Virus record (IMG/VR): IMGVR_UViG_3300021142_000072
Span: 1 to 41,191 of that record
DNA: 41,191 nucleotides
From: a virus
Lineage: Duplodnaviria; Caudoviricetes
Reading direction: 5' to 3' (one strand)
The notes under the pieces are model-generated. The model saw nothing but the letters and a program-made list of their open reading frames with translations, was not told the DNA's origin and did not search any database. The position numbers and the translations under genes were made by a program. Below are positions 8,077 to 15,863 of this stretch, piece after piece; position 1 is the stretch's first letter; every line of letters begins with the position of its first letter.

Positions 8077-8732
8077 TGGACATCGTTAAAACATTGACTA
8101 CGGCTTTGAGGGAAGCCGACAGTCAACGCGAACGCTCAGTTCAGATTGAGTTGGGAGCGAGTTCGGTTGGGGGTTGTCGCACTCAGGCGTGGCATATCCT
8201 CAACCAAACTCCCAAAACCAATCACGATACTGAATCGCTGGCAGCAATTATGGGAACGGCAATGCACACGGTTATTGCCGAAGCCCTAGCCGCGCACGAT
8301 GTCTTTGGCGATGATTTCATTCTTGAGGAATCGCTTAGCGATGAGTTCTTCAAAGGTCACGCCGATTTTTATTCACGCAAAGCCGAAGCCGTTTATGACT
8401 GGAAAACTGTCACACTTGCAAAGATGCAAAAAGGTGGTTTGCCTACCAAACAACAGAAAATGCAAGTGAACATTTACGCGAGCATGATTGCGCAGAAATA
8501 TCCAGTTAAGAAGGTTGGACTGGTATTCATTCCGCGTGATGGAAAGATGTCAGACATTCGTGTTTGGGAAGGCGAGTACGACCCAAAACTTGTTGAGGAA
8601 GCCCGTCAATGGGTTGCCGATGTGAAGGCGATGGACACCCCACCCGCGCCGGAAAGAAGTGCGGCGTTCTTCTGCCGTGAATACTGTTCATATTATGACC
8701 AAACGGGGGTTGCAGGATGTCAGGGAAAGTAG
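8076..8732 (+). CDS. Cas4-like PD-(D/E)XK exonuclease
   Basis: GASSVGGC, GTAMH, GHAD, DWKT, QVNIY and C-terminal CxxxC..C. Confidence 0.85.
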   Translation: MDIVKTLTTALREADSQRERSVQIELGASSVGGCRTQAWHILNQTPKTNHDTESLAAIMGTAMHTVIAEALAAHDVFGDDFILEESLSDEFFKGHADFYSRKAEAVYDWKTVTLAKMQKGGLPTKQQKMQVNIYASMIAQKYPVKKVGLVFIPRDGKMSDIRVWEGEYDPKLVEEARQWVADVKAMDTPPAPERSAAFFCREYCSYYDQTGVAGCQGK

Positions 8733-9085
8733 AAAAGAAAGTTGTTGACAGAAGCGCGGTTGATTGGTCGAAGGCTAATTGCCGGGGATTGAATACCGAC
8801 TTCTTTTTTATGGAAGAAGATTTGCTCAAGAACAAAGCGATGGCGCACAAGCAGATTCGTAAGATTTGTTTTCGTTGCCCGATTCGCCAGCAATGCTTAG
8901 AAGTCGGTTTTGCTTTTGAGCGTTATGGAATGTGGGGCGGCGTTGCAAGTTTGGAGCGCCACGACATCGTGAAGGGTAATTACGACTCGCGCATTTTGTC
9001 GCCACTTTTCAAAGATTTGGAAGAGTTCGGAGTACCTTTTGAGGAAATAGTTGAGGCATCAAATGTGGAGAGGGATTTAATGTGA
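8717..9085 (+). CDS. whiB: WhiB-family transcription factor
   Basis: W..ANC...FF...ICFRCPIRQQC...YGMWGG signature. Confidence 0.9.
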   Translation: MSGKVEKKVVDRSAVDWSKANCRGLNTDFFFMEEDLLKNKAMAHKQIRKICFRCPIRQQCLEVGFAFERYGMWGGVASLERHDIVKGNYDSRILSPLFKDLEEFGVPFEEIVEASNVERDLM

Positions 9086-9357
9086 AAACGATTATGCAGG
9101 AGGCGATAATGGCTTTCATCCATCGCCACAATGACCGATGCCTAGAAGCAGACATCACCAAATGCGAGTGTCACGATTTAGTTCAGCGCGCCCGTGAATA
9201 CGAGGCAAACATTGAGAACGAAATCAAAACCGAACTTATTTGGTTGATGAACGAGGAAAAAAATGTTTGGGTCAACTCATCAGAGAAGTCTGACTTCGTT
9301 GCGTGGATTGATTCCTTATGGGCAAATGCCATAGATTTTTTAGCCAAGATTAAATAA
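9082..9357 (+). CDS. Hypothetical protein
   Basis: GTGA coupling; H..C..CEC motif. Confidence 0.65.
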   Translation: MKTIMQEAIMAFIHRHNDRCLEADITKCECHDLVQRAREYEANIENEIKTELIWLMNEEKNVWVNSSEKSDFVAWIDSLWANAIDFLAKIK

Positions 9358-9368
9358 CTGGAGGAATT

Positions 9369-10280
9369 ATGAAGGCAGAAATTCTTGTAGGAGATGTGCG
9401 AACTCGTTTGTCGGAGATTCCTGATGGAAGTGTGCAAACTTGCGTAACTTCACCTCCGTATTGGGGTTTGCGGGATTACGGTCAAGGCGACCAAATTGGA
9501 TTGGAAGAAACACCACAAGAATATGTTGATTCTATGGTGCAAGTTTTTCGTGAGGTTTGGCGCGTATTAGCAGATGATGGAACGCTTTGGCTAAACATTG
9601 GCGATTCTTACTCTGGCAGCGGTAAAAGGCCGGCGGGCAATCTTGGCAAAAAAAATGATGAACGGAATATGGAAAAGAAACATAGCGCCATAGTTCCAGA
9701 TGGATTAAAGCCAAAAGATTTGGTGGGTATTCCTTGGCGCTTGGCTTTTGCTTTGCAAGCAGATGGTTGGTATTTGCGCCAAGACATTATTTGGGCTAAA
9801 CCAAATCCAATGCCTGAATCTGTAACTGACCGATGCACAAAATCGCATGAATATCTTTTTTTGCTTTCAAAATCAAATAAGTATTATTTTGACAATGAAG
9901 CAATCAAAGAACCAACGGTTACAAAAGATAATACAAACCGCGACCGAGATTCTTCTAAATTAAATAACACACCCGGTCGTTCTAGAAGTGGTGGTTTGAA
10001 AACTAATAATTACGATATGCGCAATAAACGCGATGTGTGGAACATACCTACCAAACCTTTTAAGGGTGCGCATTTTGCCGTTATGCCAGAAGCGTTAGTT
10101 GAACCATGTATTTTGGCTGGCTCGCGGCATGGCGATTTGGTTCTTGACCCATTTACAGGTTCGGGAACAGTAGCCGTTGTTTCATTAAAAAATGGTCGGG
10201 ATTTTATTGGAACAGAATTAAATCCTGAATATGCTGATATTGCAGTTGACAGAATTGGTATGGGGGCAGAAACAAAATGA
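9369..10280 (+). CDS. DNA methyltransferase (N4-C/N6-A, beta class)
   Basis: TSPPY catalytic motif precedes the LDPFTGSGT SAM-binding motif; no cognate restriction nuclease adjacent. Confidence 0.92.
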   Translation: MKAEILVGDVRTRLSEIPDGSVQTCVTSPPYWGLRDYGQGDQIGLEETPQEYVDSMVQVFREVWRVLADDGTLWLNIGDSYSGSGKRPAGNLGKKNDERNMEKKHSAIVPDGLKPKDLVGIPWRLAFALQADGWYLRQDIIWAKPNPMPESVTDRCTKSHEYLFLLSKSNKYYFDNEAIKEPTVTKDNTNRDRDSSKLNNTPGRSRSGGLKTNNYDMRNKRDVWNIPTKPFKGAHFAVMPEALVEPCILAGSRHGDLVLDPFTGSGTVAVVSLKNGRDFIGTELNPEYADIAVDRIGMGAETK

Positions 10281-10354
10281 TTGACGAACGCTTTTTACCT
10301 TATGCAATTTGCATTGTAGTTGCGATTCTTTGTTTGGCGGTGTGGGCGCTATGA
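10277..10354 (+). CDS. 25-aa membrane peptide, not in the ORF track
   Basis: MIDERFLPYAICIVVAILCLAVWAL; ATGA overlaps at both ends. Confidence 0.55.
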   Translation: MIDERFLPYAICIVVAILCLAVWAL

Positions 10355-11106
10355 GTTCGCTGCCATATATGCAACTGTATGTCAGCGACTATCTTGCCGA
10401 CACCGCACACCTTACGGCGCAACAACACGGCGCATATCTTTTGCTTTTGATGAATTATTGGCAAAAGGGAAAGCCGCTGGACAACACCAACGAGCGATTG
10501 CAATATGTCGCTCGCATGACCGGCGAAGAATGGGAAGCGAACAAAGACATTCTTGCCGAGTTCTTTTGGATTGACGGCGATACTTGGTCGCATACTCGCA
10601 TTGACAACGACCTTGAGAAGGTTCGGGAGAAATCCGAGAAGGCTTCGAAGGCTGGTCAACGGTCGTTCAACGTTCGTTCAACGTCTGTTGAACGTTCGTT
10701 CAACCATAAAGATAAAGATAAAGAGGAAGATAAAGACAATATAAAAGAAGGCTTTGACGAGTTTTGGGAAATTTATCCAAGAAAGGCTGGAAAGCAGGAA
10801 GCCCGTAAGGTATTCCAACGCGCTTTGTCTAATGCCACGCTTGCAGAGATTCTTGAAGGCGCTCGCCGTTACGCAGCAGACCCTAATCGCCAGCCGCAAT
10901 TCACGGCGCATCCTGCTACATGGCTCAATCAAGGCAGGTGGAGCGATGAACCACTACCACCTAGAACGACAACCACGGTCACGCGAACTTTGCCACCGGC
11001 ACAAGTGCCACCCCAATATGACCCTGATGAGTTTCGTAACCCACAGGCAACTCAAATGCCATCAGAAATTTTGGCTAATTTGCAACATATCTTGAAGCGG
11101 GTATAG
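10351..11106 (+). CDS. Replication initiator-like protein (DUF1376/YdaU family)
   Basis: LPYMQLYVSDYLADT.HL...HGAYLLLL..YW N-terminus; FDEFWEIYPRK...HPATWLNQGRW C-terminus. Confidence 0.8.
   Translation: MSSLPYMQLYVSDYLADTAHLTAQQHGAYLLLLMNYWQKGKPLDNTNERLQYVARMTGEEWEANKDILAEFFWIDGDTWSHTRIDNDLEKVREKSEKASKAGQRSFNVRSTSVERSFNHKDKDKEEDKDNIKEGFDEFWEIYPRKAGKQEARKVFQRALSNATLAEILEGARRYAADPNRQPQFTAHPATWLNQGRWSDEPLPPRTTTTVTRTLPPAQVPPQYDPDEFRNPQATQMPSEILANLQHILKRV
10654..10740. repeat. Iteron-like repeats plus A-rich tract (candidate replication origin)
   Basis: TCGTTCAAC at 10663, 10674 and 10696, inverted GTTGAACG at 10687, then GATAAA repeats, all inside the initiator gene. Confidence 0.55.
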
Positions 11107-11145
11107 AATGACCCTTTATCAACGATAGAAAAGGGTCTGTAAGCC

Positions 11146-11565
11146 ATGAATAGATTATGCGCTAGGTGTTCAAAGCAAATAGAACTTCCAAAGCCCACAT
11201 CAAGGAAAAAATATTGCGATGAGTGCTTGCTTTTAATTGCATCAGAATCATCTAAAAAAAGTACCGATTTAAGGATTGAAAAAAGCAAAAAGTATGTTTT
11301 TACATCCCCTACTCGGCGTTACAACAAAGAATCAAAATATGCACAAATTTTGATTGGCACTCAATGGTATCCAGAACATCGAATCGTGATGCAGGAAATG
11401 TTAAAACGACCTTTGGTAAAAGGAGAATCGGTTCATCACATTAACGGAATACGAGACGATAACCGACCCGAAAATTTGGAATTATGGGTCGGCCCAATTA
11501 GATACGGGCAAAGGGCGGCTGACATTAAATGCCATAATTGCGGCGAACCTTACAAAATAAGTTAA
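11146..11565 (+). CDS. HNH endonuclease
   Basis: EHRIVM...[18 protein letters not shown]; flanking Cys pairs; AT-rich. Confidence 0.85.
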   Translation: MNRLCARCSKQIELPKPTSRKKYCDECLLLIASESSKKSTDLRIEKSKKYVFTSPTRRYNKESKYAQILIGTQWYPEHRIVMQEMLKRPLVKGESVHHINGIRDDNRPENLELWVGPIRYGQRAADIKCHNCGEPYKIS

Positions 11566-11627
11566 TGTCTGATTTGCCCCGATGTAAGTAATCTGTCACA
11601 CTTTAATTCCGAAAGGGGGATACCACT

Positions 11628-11819
11628 ATGAAACTGATTCATTTGGTAGCAGTAGAGCAGGTAGAAGTTGGGGATGTGCTGGTTCTCGGCGCGACCCGCT
11701 ATGGAGTGACTTCGATTGAGGATGAAAGCACCGGGCGCGATTTTCGCCTCCGCGATTCATCGGGCAATCCGAAGTGCCACTTTGTGGCAACAGGAGAAAA
11801 AGTCACCATCGAATTATGA
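11628..11819 (+). CDS. Small beta-barrel hypothetical protein
   Basis: AGGGGG RBS; coupled to the RusA gene. Confidence 0.65.
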   Translation: MKLIHLVAVEQVEVGDVLVLGATRYGVTSIEDESTGRDFRLRDSSGNPKCHFVATGEKVTIEL

Positions 11820-12205
11820 TTCGATTCGGGGTGGAAGGCACTCCGATTCCGCAAGGGTCAATGAAGCACATTGGCAATGGGCGCATGATTCATTCGCGGG
11901 CAACAGAACTTGCCACATGGCGGGCGCTGATTGCTCTGGCGGCTAAACAAGCAGGATGCGAGCCAATCCCTGACCCGATTGCGATTGCCATGACCTTTCG
12001 GCTCAAAAAGCCTAAGACGGTCAAACGCGATTTTCCTACGGTCGCACCGGATTTGGACAAACTCGTTCGCGGGGTGCTGGATTCGCTTACGGCGTGTGCT
12101 TACCTTGACGATTCTCAGGTGATAGACATAAAGGCTAAAAAAGTCTATTCGGACATTCCGGGCGTGGATATTGAGATTTCCGATGCGTGGGATTGTGTGA
12201 CCTAA
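11816..12205 (+). CDS. rusA: RusA-family Holliday junction resolvase
   Basis: GTPIPQGS, PDLDKLVRGVLDSL, DDSQV. Confidence 0.9.
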   Translation: MIRFGVEGTPIPQGSMKHIGNGRMIHSRATELATWRALIALAAKQAGCEPIPDPIAIAMTFRLKKPKTVKRDFPTVAPDLDKLVRGVLDSLTACAYLDDSQVIDIKAKKVYSDIPGVDIEISDAWDCVT

Positions 12206-12211
12206 CTCACA
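12196..12211. promoter_or_regulatory. CRP/GlxR box upstream of P3
   Basis: Perfect TGTGA-CCTAAC-TCACA followed by A tracts. Confidence 0.7.
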
Positions 12212-12241
12212 AAAAAACTTTGAAAAAAACCCTTGAAATGG

Positions 12242-12270
12242 TTGAGTCCGTAACCTATCGGGTATATCTT
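12242..12270 (+). promoter_or_regulatory. Promoter P3
   Basis: TTGAGT-17 nt-TATCTT; same architecture as P4. Confidence 0.65.
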
Positions 12271-12313
12271 TTACTTATTGAACCGGACGGCGGTTCTAGA
12301 ACTGGAGAAGAAA

Positions 12314-12613
12314 ATGTCACACAAGTTTCAAATCAAGCGCACCGAAGTTGGTTATGTTTCATGTTGCGGTCATGTAATCACCAAGATTACAAAAGATGTT
12401 GACCCAGATATGTATGGTTCAGTCAACTGGTACTTTGCAAACCTTGATGGCGTTATGAACGACAACCCTTTCTACACATTGAGCGACCTTCGCATCTACC
12501 TTGGCAAGTTGCATGATGCAAATGTAGAAAATCCAATAGAGCGTTGGATGTCAGTTATGGAACGCGCTGATGCAACATTGGCAAAATACAACGCATCAAA
12601 GGTAGGTGCATAA
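12314..12613 (+). CDS. Hypothetical early protein
   Basis: CTGGAGAAG RBS before ATG 12314. Confidence 0.75.
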   Translation: MSHKFQIKRTEVGYVSCCGHVITKITKDVDPDMYGSVNWYFANLDGVMNDNPFYTLSDLRIYLGKLHDANVENPIERWMSVMERADATLAKYNASKVGA

Positions 12614-12614
12614 C

Positions 12615-12890
12615 ATGACAACAGTAACAACTCAAAAAATTCAAGGTATTGCAAAGCGCAACGGCATTTCTTTGATAGATGAAACTCGGTCACGCTATGC
12701 CGACATTGCATCAGGTGTTCGCGTAACTAATCGTTTTGGCGAAATTGTGGTGCGTTTTTACGGTTACAAAGACACCAACCGCATTAACGAATTGCAAGCC
12801 AAGTTTATTGAATTGCTAAACGCCGAGGGCTTTATTGCAAAAGAAAAAAGCGGTTATACAACCCGCGCGATTACAGTTGAGGTTGCATAA
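12615..12890 (+). CDS. Hypothetical protein (paralog of 15316-15600)
   Basis: AGGTG RBS; VTTQKIQGIAKRNGISLIDETR. Confidence 0.75.
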   Translation: MTTVTTQKIQGIAKRNGISLIDETRSRYADIASGVRVTNRFGEIVVRFYGYKDTNRINELQAKFIELLNAEGFIAKEKSGYTTRAITVEVA

Positions 12891-12891
12891 C

Positions 12892-13152
12892 ATGATTAAA
12901 TTCAATGCAGGAGATGCAGCACCGTTTCATCCAAAAGCAGTTGATTCGGTTGAAATTGAATTTTGTTTTGTATGTGGTCGCAAACTTGGTGCAAACCCAA
13001 TTTATTTTGAAGTGATTAACGGTGGAGAATTGCGCGAGCAAAATGGAACACAAGCAATTCAAGATGGCGGTTACATGGGTTATTTTCCAGTAGGTTCTGA
13101 ATGTGCAAAAAAGTTTGCACCAAATGTTGCAGTTGTAAAGGTAGGTGCATAA
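12892..13152 (+). CDS. Small zinc-binding protein
   Basis: CFVCGRKL...PVGSECAKK; GAGG RBS. Confidence 0.75.
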   Translation: MIKFNAGDAAPFHPKAVDSVEIEFCFVCGRKLGANPIYFEVINGGELREQNGTQAIQDGGYMGYFPVGSECAKKFAPNVAVVKVGA

Positions 13153-13442
13153 TGGCATCAGCAACTTTTACCGTCACGATTACCGATTCAGACTTTGACC
13201 GCCTTCATAACAGTTCAATGCGATGGGGCAAGGATTGGGCAAAGCAGGTTAATCGTTTTGATAGCGAGCCACTTTTTACTTGGAAGATGGCGTATTGGTG
13301 CGAACCTAATTGGCTCAACATCCTTGTCTGTCAGCAATTCCTGTCGGCTCGCGGATATGAGTCACAGACCGTATTTGATAGCGCAACCCTTGAATATGTA
13401 ATCCTGACCAATTACAAGTCGGAGGTTTGGGCAAATGATTGA
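13152..13442 (+). CDS. Hypothetical protein
   Basis: TAATG coupling; AGGTAGG RBS. Confidence 0.7.
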   Translation: MASATFTVTITDSDFDRLHNSSMRWGKDWAKQVNRFDSEPLFTWKMAYWCEPNWLNILVCQQFLSARGYESQTVFDSATLEYVILTNYKSEVWAND

Positions 13443-13527
13443 GGTTCTATTGCTAGTAGGCTTGCCGGTTATTACCATTGTATTTCTATCCATCGTGTTT
13501 GACATTGAGGAAAGGCTGACCAAATGA
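13435..13527 (+). CDS. 30-aa membrane peptide, not in the ORF track
   Basis: GGAGG RBS; MIEVLLLVGLPVITIVFLSIVFDIEERLTK. Confidence 0.6.
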   Translation: MIEVLLLVGLPVITIVFLSIVFDIEERLTK

Positions 13528-13772
13528 AAATCGTTTGCAAAGAAAACCATTGGTACATCAAAGACAATCAGGTTCGCCTTGAGACTCCAGAAGGCAATCA
13601 GGTGGACATGATTAAGGCGATTGAGGCAACAATCCGCTTACACATTTACGAGCAGATTTGCGCCTTAGATTTAACAACCAATCGTGCGCAAATTGTCAAG
13701 AACGGTATTGATAAGACCGCTTTGACGGTACAAGATTTATGCGCTCAGATTGCATTGGGGGAAAAGAAATGA
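13524..13772 (+). CDS. Hypothetical protein
   Basis: ATGA coupling at both ends. Confidence 0.7.
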   Translation: MKIVCKENHWYIKDNQVRLETPEGNQVDMIKAIEATIRLHIYEQICALDLTTNRAQIVKNGIDKTALTVQDLCAQIALGEKK

Positions 13773-14137
13773 ACGAAGAGTTGCCATTACTTCCTTATGC
13801 CGGCACTTCGGGCTGGTCGGGAACTGAGACAAGCAAACAACGCGCTATTACGGCTGACAAGAATGGCACGACTCGCAGCCGTCAACGCAAGGCAATGTTT
13901 CTTCTTGCCGAAGCCGGTGAAGCAGGTTTGACATGGAAAGAACTAGGCGACCTGACTGGCTGGCATCATGGAACGGTATCGGGGCTTCTCTCTGTTTTGA
14001 ATCGTGAGAATTACATTGTCCGACTCAAGGCAACGCGTAACAAGTGCGCCATTTATGTTCATCCCAATTTCATATCATCGCGTGAAATTTCTCAGCGCAA
14101 GACCAAGACTTGCAAGCATTGTGGGGGTGAACTCTAA
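13769..14137 (+). CDS. Winged-helix DNA-binding protein with C-terminal CxxC
   Basis: GLTWKELGDLTGWHHGTVSGLLS HTH; CKHCG. Confidence 0.7.
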   Translation: MNEELPLLPYAGTSGWSGTETSKQRAITADKNGTTRSRQRKAMFLLAEAGEAGLTWKELGDLTGWHHGTVSGLLSVLNRENYIVRLKATRNKCAIYVHPNFISSREISQRKTKTCKHCGGEL

Positions 14138-14307
14138 TGCCTACATATCAGTACCGATGCAAGGAATGTAAGGCGTTTATGGAACTGCATCAGAGTTTTT
14201 ATGATGATTCGATTCCTGATTGCGTAAAGTGCGAAAAACCTATGTCAAAGGTTATTCAGGCAACACCGGCGATATTCCGCGGTGGAGGATGGGGAGGGTC
14301 AAAATGA
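14137..14307 (+). CDS. FmdB-family zinc-ribbon protein (56 aa), not in the ORF track
   Basis: MPTYQYRCKEC...PDCVKC...IFRGGGWG. Confidence 0.85.
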   Translation: MPTYQYRCKECKAFMELHQSFYDDSIPDCVKCEKPMSKVIQATPAIFRGGGWGGSK

Positions 14308-14486
14308 AAACATTTTGTAAAAGAATTTTTGGGCGAGAAGTTCACCTTTCAATCTTTCCCCGGTACAAACGCCGCAAGCCATACTTAAAATTGCGCCTCA
14401 TGCCAAGTTATTACGCGAACAATCGCATTTTTGAGTTAACCGTCTTTGCAAAAAGTTACCGAGTGAACTGGACACCTCAACGATGA
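14304..14486 (+). CDS. Small basic hypothetical protein
   Basis: GGAGG RBS; ATGA coupling. Confidence 0.6.
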   Translation: MKTFCKRIFGREVHLSIFPRYKRRKPYLKLRLMPSYYANNRIFELTVFAKSYRVNWTPQR

Positions 14487-14587
14487 TTGTGAAACTTGCC
14501 TTGTTATGGGTTGCATTTATTGACACCGTAGGTATCGCGTTTGGAATCTACGGATACTTTGCCGCCAAAAAGAAATGGGTCAAATAA
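14483..14587 (+). CDS. 34-aa membrane peptide, not in the ORF track
   Basis: MIVKLALLWVAFIDTVGIAFGIYGYFAAKKKWVK; coupled at both ends. Confidence 0.55.
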   Translation: MIVKLALLWVAFIDTVGIAFGIYGYFAAKKKWVK

Positions 14588-14811
14588 TGACACATGAAGA
14601 ATTGCTAGAAAAAATAAATGAATACAGTTCATCGCTTGGGGATAAAACTCGCAGACCCTTTTTTAATGCGCTTCGTGCAGTAGTGGAATTACACAAGCCA
14701 GTTAAATCAGATTATGAATATATTTATTGCGAAGAATGTACCGATGATTCTTATGTTTACATTAAATATCCTTGCCCCACTATTCAAGCCATTGAGAAGG
14801 AGTTGGGATAA
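14587..14811 (+). CDS. Small zinc-binding protein (paralog of 7828-8076)
   Basis: ALRAVVELHKP..CEEC..YPCPTIQAIEKEL. Confidence 0.75.
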   Translation: MTHEELLEKINEYSSSLGDKTRRPFFNALRAVVELHKPVKSDYEYIYCEECTDDSYVYIKYPCPTIQAIEKELG

Positions 14812-14945
14812 TGCACAAAGACATTCCTTTGCGTAAAGGCTGGATACATTGTGGATATAGCAAAAGGTTCGGTCTAGGTATCAGTATTGACAAGTACGGC
14901 GTGGATATTGACTTTTTGATTTTCTATATTGGCTGGCAACGCTAA
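14811..14945 (+). CDS. 44-aa hypothetical protein, not in the ORF track
   Basis: AAGGAG RBS; TAATG coupling at both ends. Confidence 0.6.
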   Translation: MHKDIPLRKGWIHCGYSKRFGLGISIDKYGVDIDFLIFYIGWQR

Positions 14946-15184
14946 TGGAACTAAACGACATCCTTGCCGAACGCCAAGAACAGTACGGCGACCCAACCGA
15001 GAACTTTCGCAAGATAGGGATTATGTGGGGTGTCATTCTTGACCTTCCTTACTCCTTAGCGCCCTATCAAGTGGCTCAGATGATGATTGCCTTAAAACTT
15101 CAACGCATTTCGGTCAATCCCGACTACGAAGATTCTTGGCTGGACATACAGGGCTACGCCGCACACGGGGCATTAGACAAATAA
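14945..15184 (+). CDS. DUF6378-like all-alpha protein
   Basis: ERQEQYGDP.ENF.KI...W...MIALKLQR...DSWLDIQGYA. Confidence 0.75.
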   Translation: MELNDILAERQEQYGDPTENFRKIGIMWGVILDLPYSLAPYQVAQMMIALKLQRISVNPDYEDSWLDIQGYAAHGALDK

Positions 15185-15206
15185 CCCCTAAATGTCCAAA
15201 ATACCG

Positions 15207-15222
15207 TGTGACGCAACTCACA
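15207..15222. promoter_or_regulatory. CRP/GlxR box upstream of P4
   Basis: Perfect TGTGA-CGCAAC-TCACA followed by an A tract. Confidence 0.7.
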
Positions 15223-15242
15223 AAGAAAAATGGCGTTTTGGC

Positions 15243-15271
15243 TTGATTCTGTAACCTATTGCGGCTACATT
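15243..15271 (+). promoter_or_regulatory. Promoter P4
   Basis: TTGATT-17 nt-TACATT. Confidence 0.7.
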
Positions 15272-15315
15272 TGTCTTATTGAAGTGAACGGCACTTCAAA
15301 GAACTGGAGAAGAAA

Positions 15316-15600
15316 ATGCACAAGAACCACCCAATCGTAACAACCGCAAAACTTCGCGCGTTGGTTAAGAAAAATGAAATCGGTTATGTTGACCGTACGC
15401 GCCGTCAAATTTCTTCAATGACAAACGGTGTTGCAATTTCACAACTTGGAAGCGATATTTATGTCGAAGGTTTTGGATTTAACGACCAAATTGTAATTGC
15501 GCAAAACATTGCAAAGTTTGATGAGGCACTTGCATCACTTGGTTTAACTCTTACTAAACTCAATGATTCAGATTATAAAGTCGTAAAGGTTGGTGCATAA
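15316..15600 (+). CDS. Hypothetical early protein (paralog of 12615-12890)
   Basis: CTGGAGAAG RBS; VTTAKLRALVKKNEIGYVDRTR. Confidence 0.75.
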   Translation: MHKNHPIVTTAKLRALVKKNEIGYVDRTRRQISSMTNGVAISQLGSDIYVEGFGFNDQIVIAQNIAKFDEALASLGLTLTKLNDSDYKVVKVGA

Positions 15601-15601
15601 C

Positions 15602-15862
15602 ATGAACGCAACAATAAACAAGATTCGTCCAGTCGAACAACACATGATTGACACAGAAAGTTTTTATTTGGCAAAGGTGACAATGTATCGCCAAGACCAA
15701 AAAACCGGTGGTGTTTCAGACATTGTTGAAACTTATGAAGGTTATGTTAAGCAAGTTGGTGGAATTATCTGGAAGATTCGTTCTTCTGCAAATATGCGTT
15801 CAAATTTCAAGAAAGACATTTGCACAGTTTCACAACGCCTTATTTCAATCGAAATTTTGTAA
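15602..15862 (+). CDS. Hypothetical protein
   Basis: Starts at the repeated GGTGCATAACATG junction. Confidence 0.7.
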   Translation: MNATINKIRPVEQHMIDTESFYLAKVTMYRQDQKTGGVSDIVETYEGYVKQVGGIIWKIRSSANMRSNFKKDICTVSQRLISIEIL

Positions 15863-15863
15863 G

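Noticed and set aside
8076-8732. CRISPR-Cas system suggested by the Cas4-like gene
   Set aside because: No repeat-spacer array or other cas genes; stand-alone Cas4-like nucleases are common in phages
9369-11565. Restriction-modification system formed by the methylase and an HNH gene
   Set aside because: The genes are not adjacent; the methylase looks like an orphan and the HNH like a free-standing homing type
11574-11602. Possible promoter TTGCCC-17 nt-CACACT before gene 11628
   Set aside because: Weak consensus and none of the accessory motifs found at P1-P4
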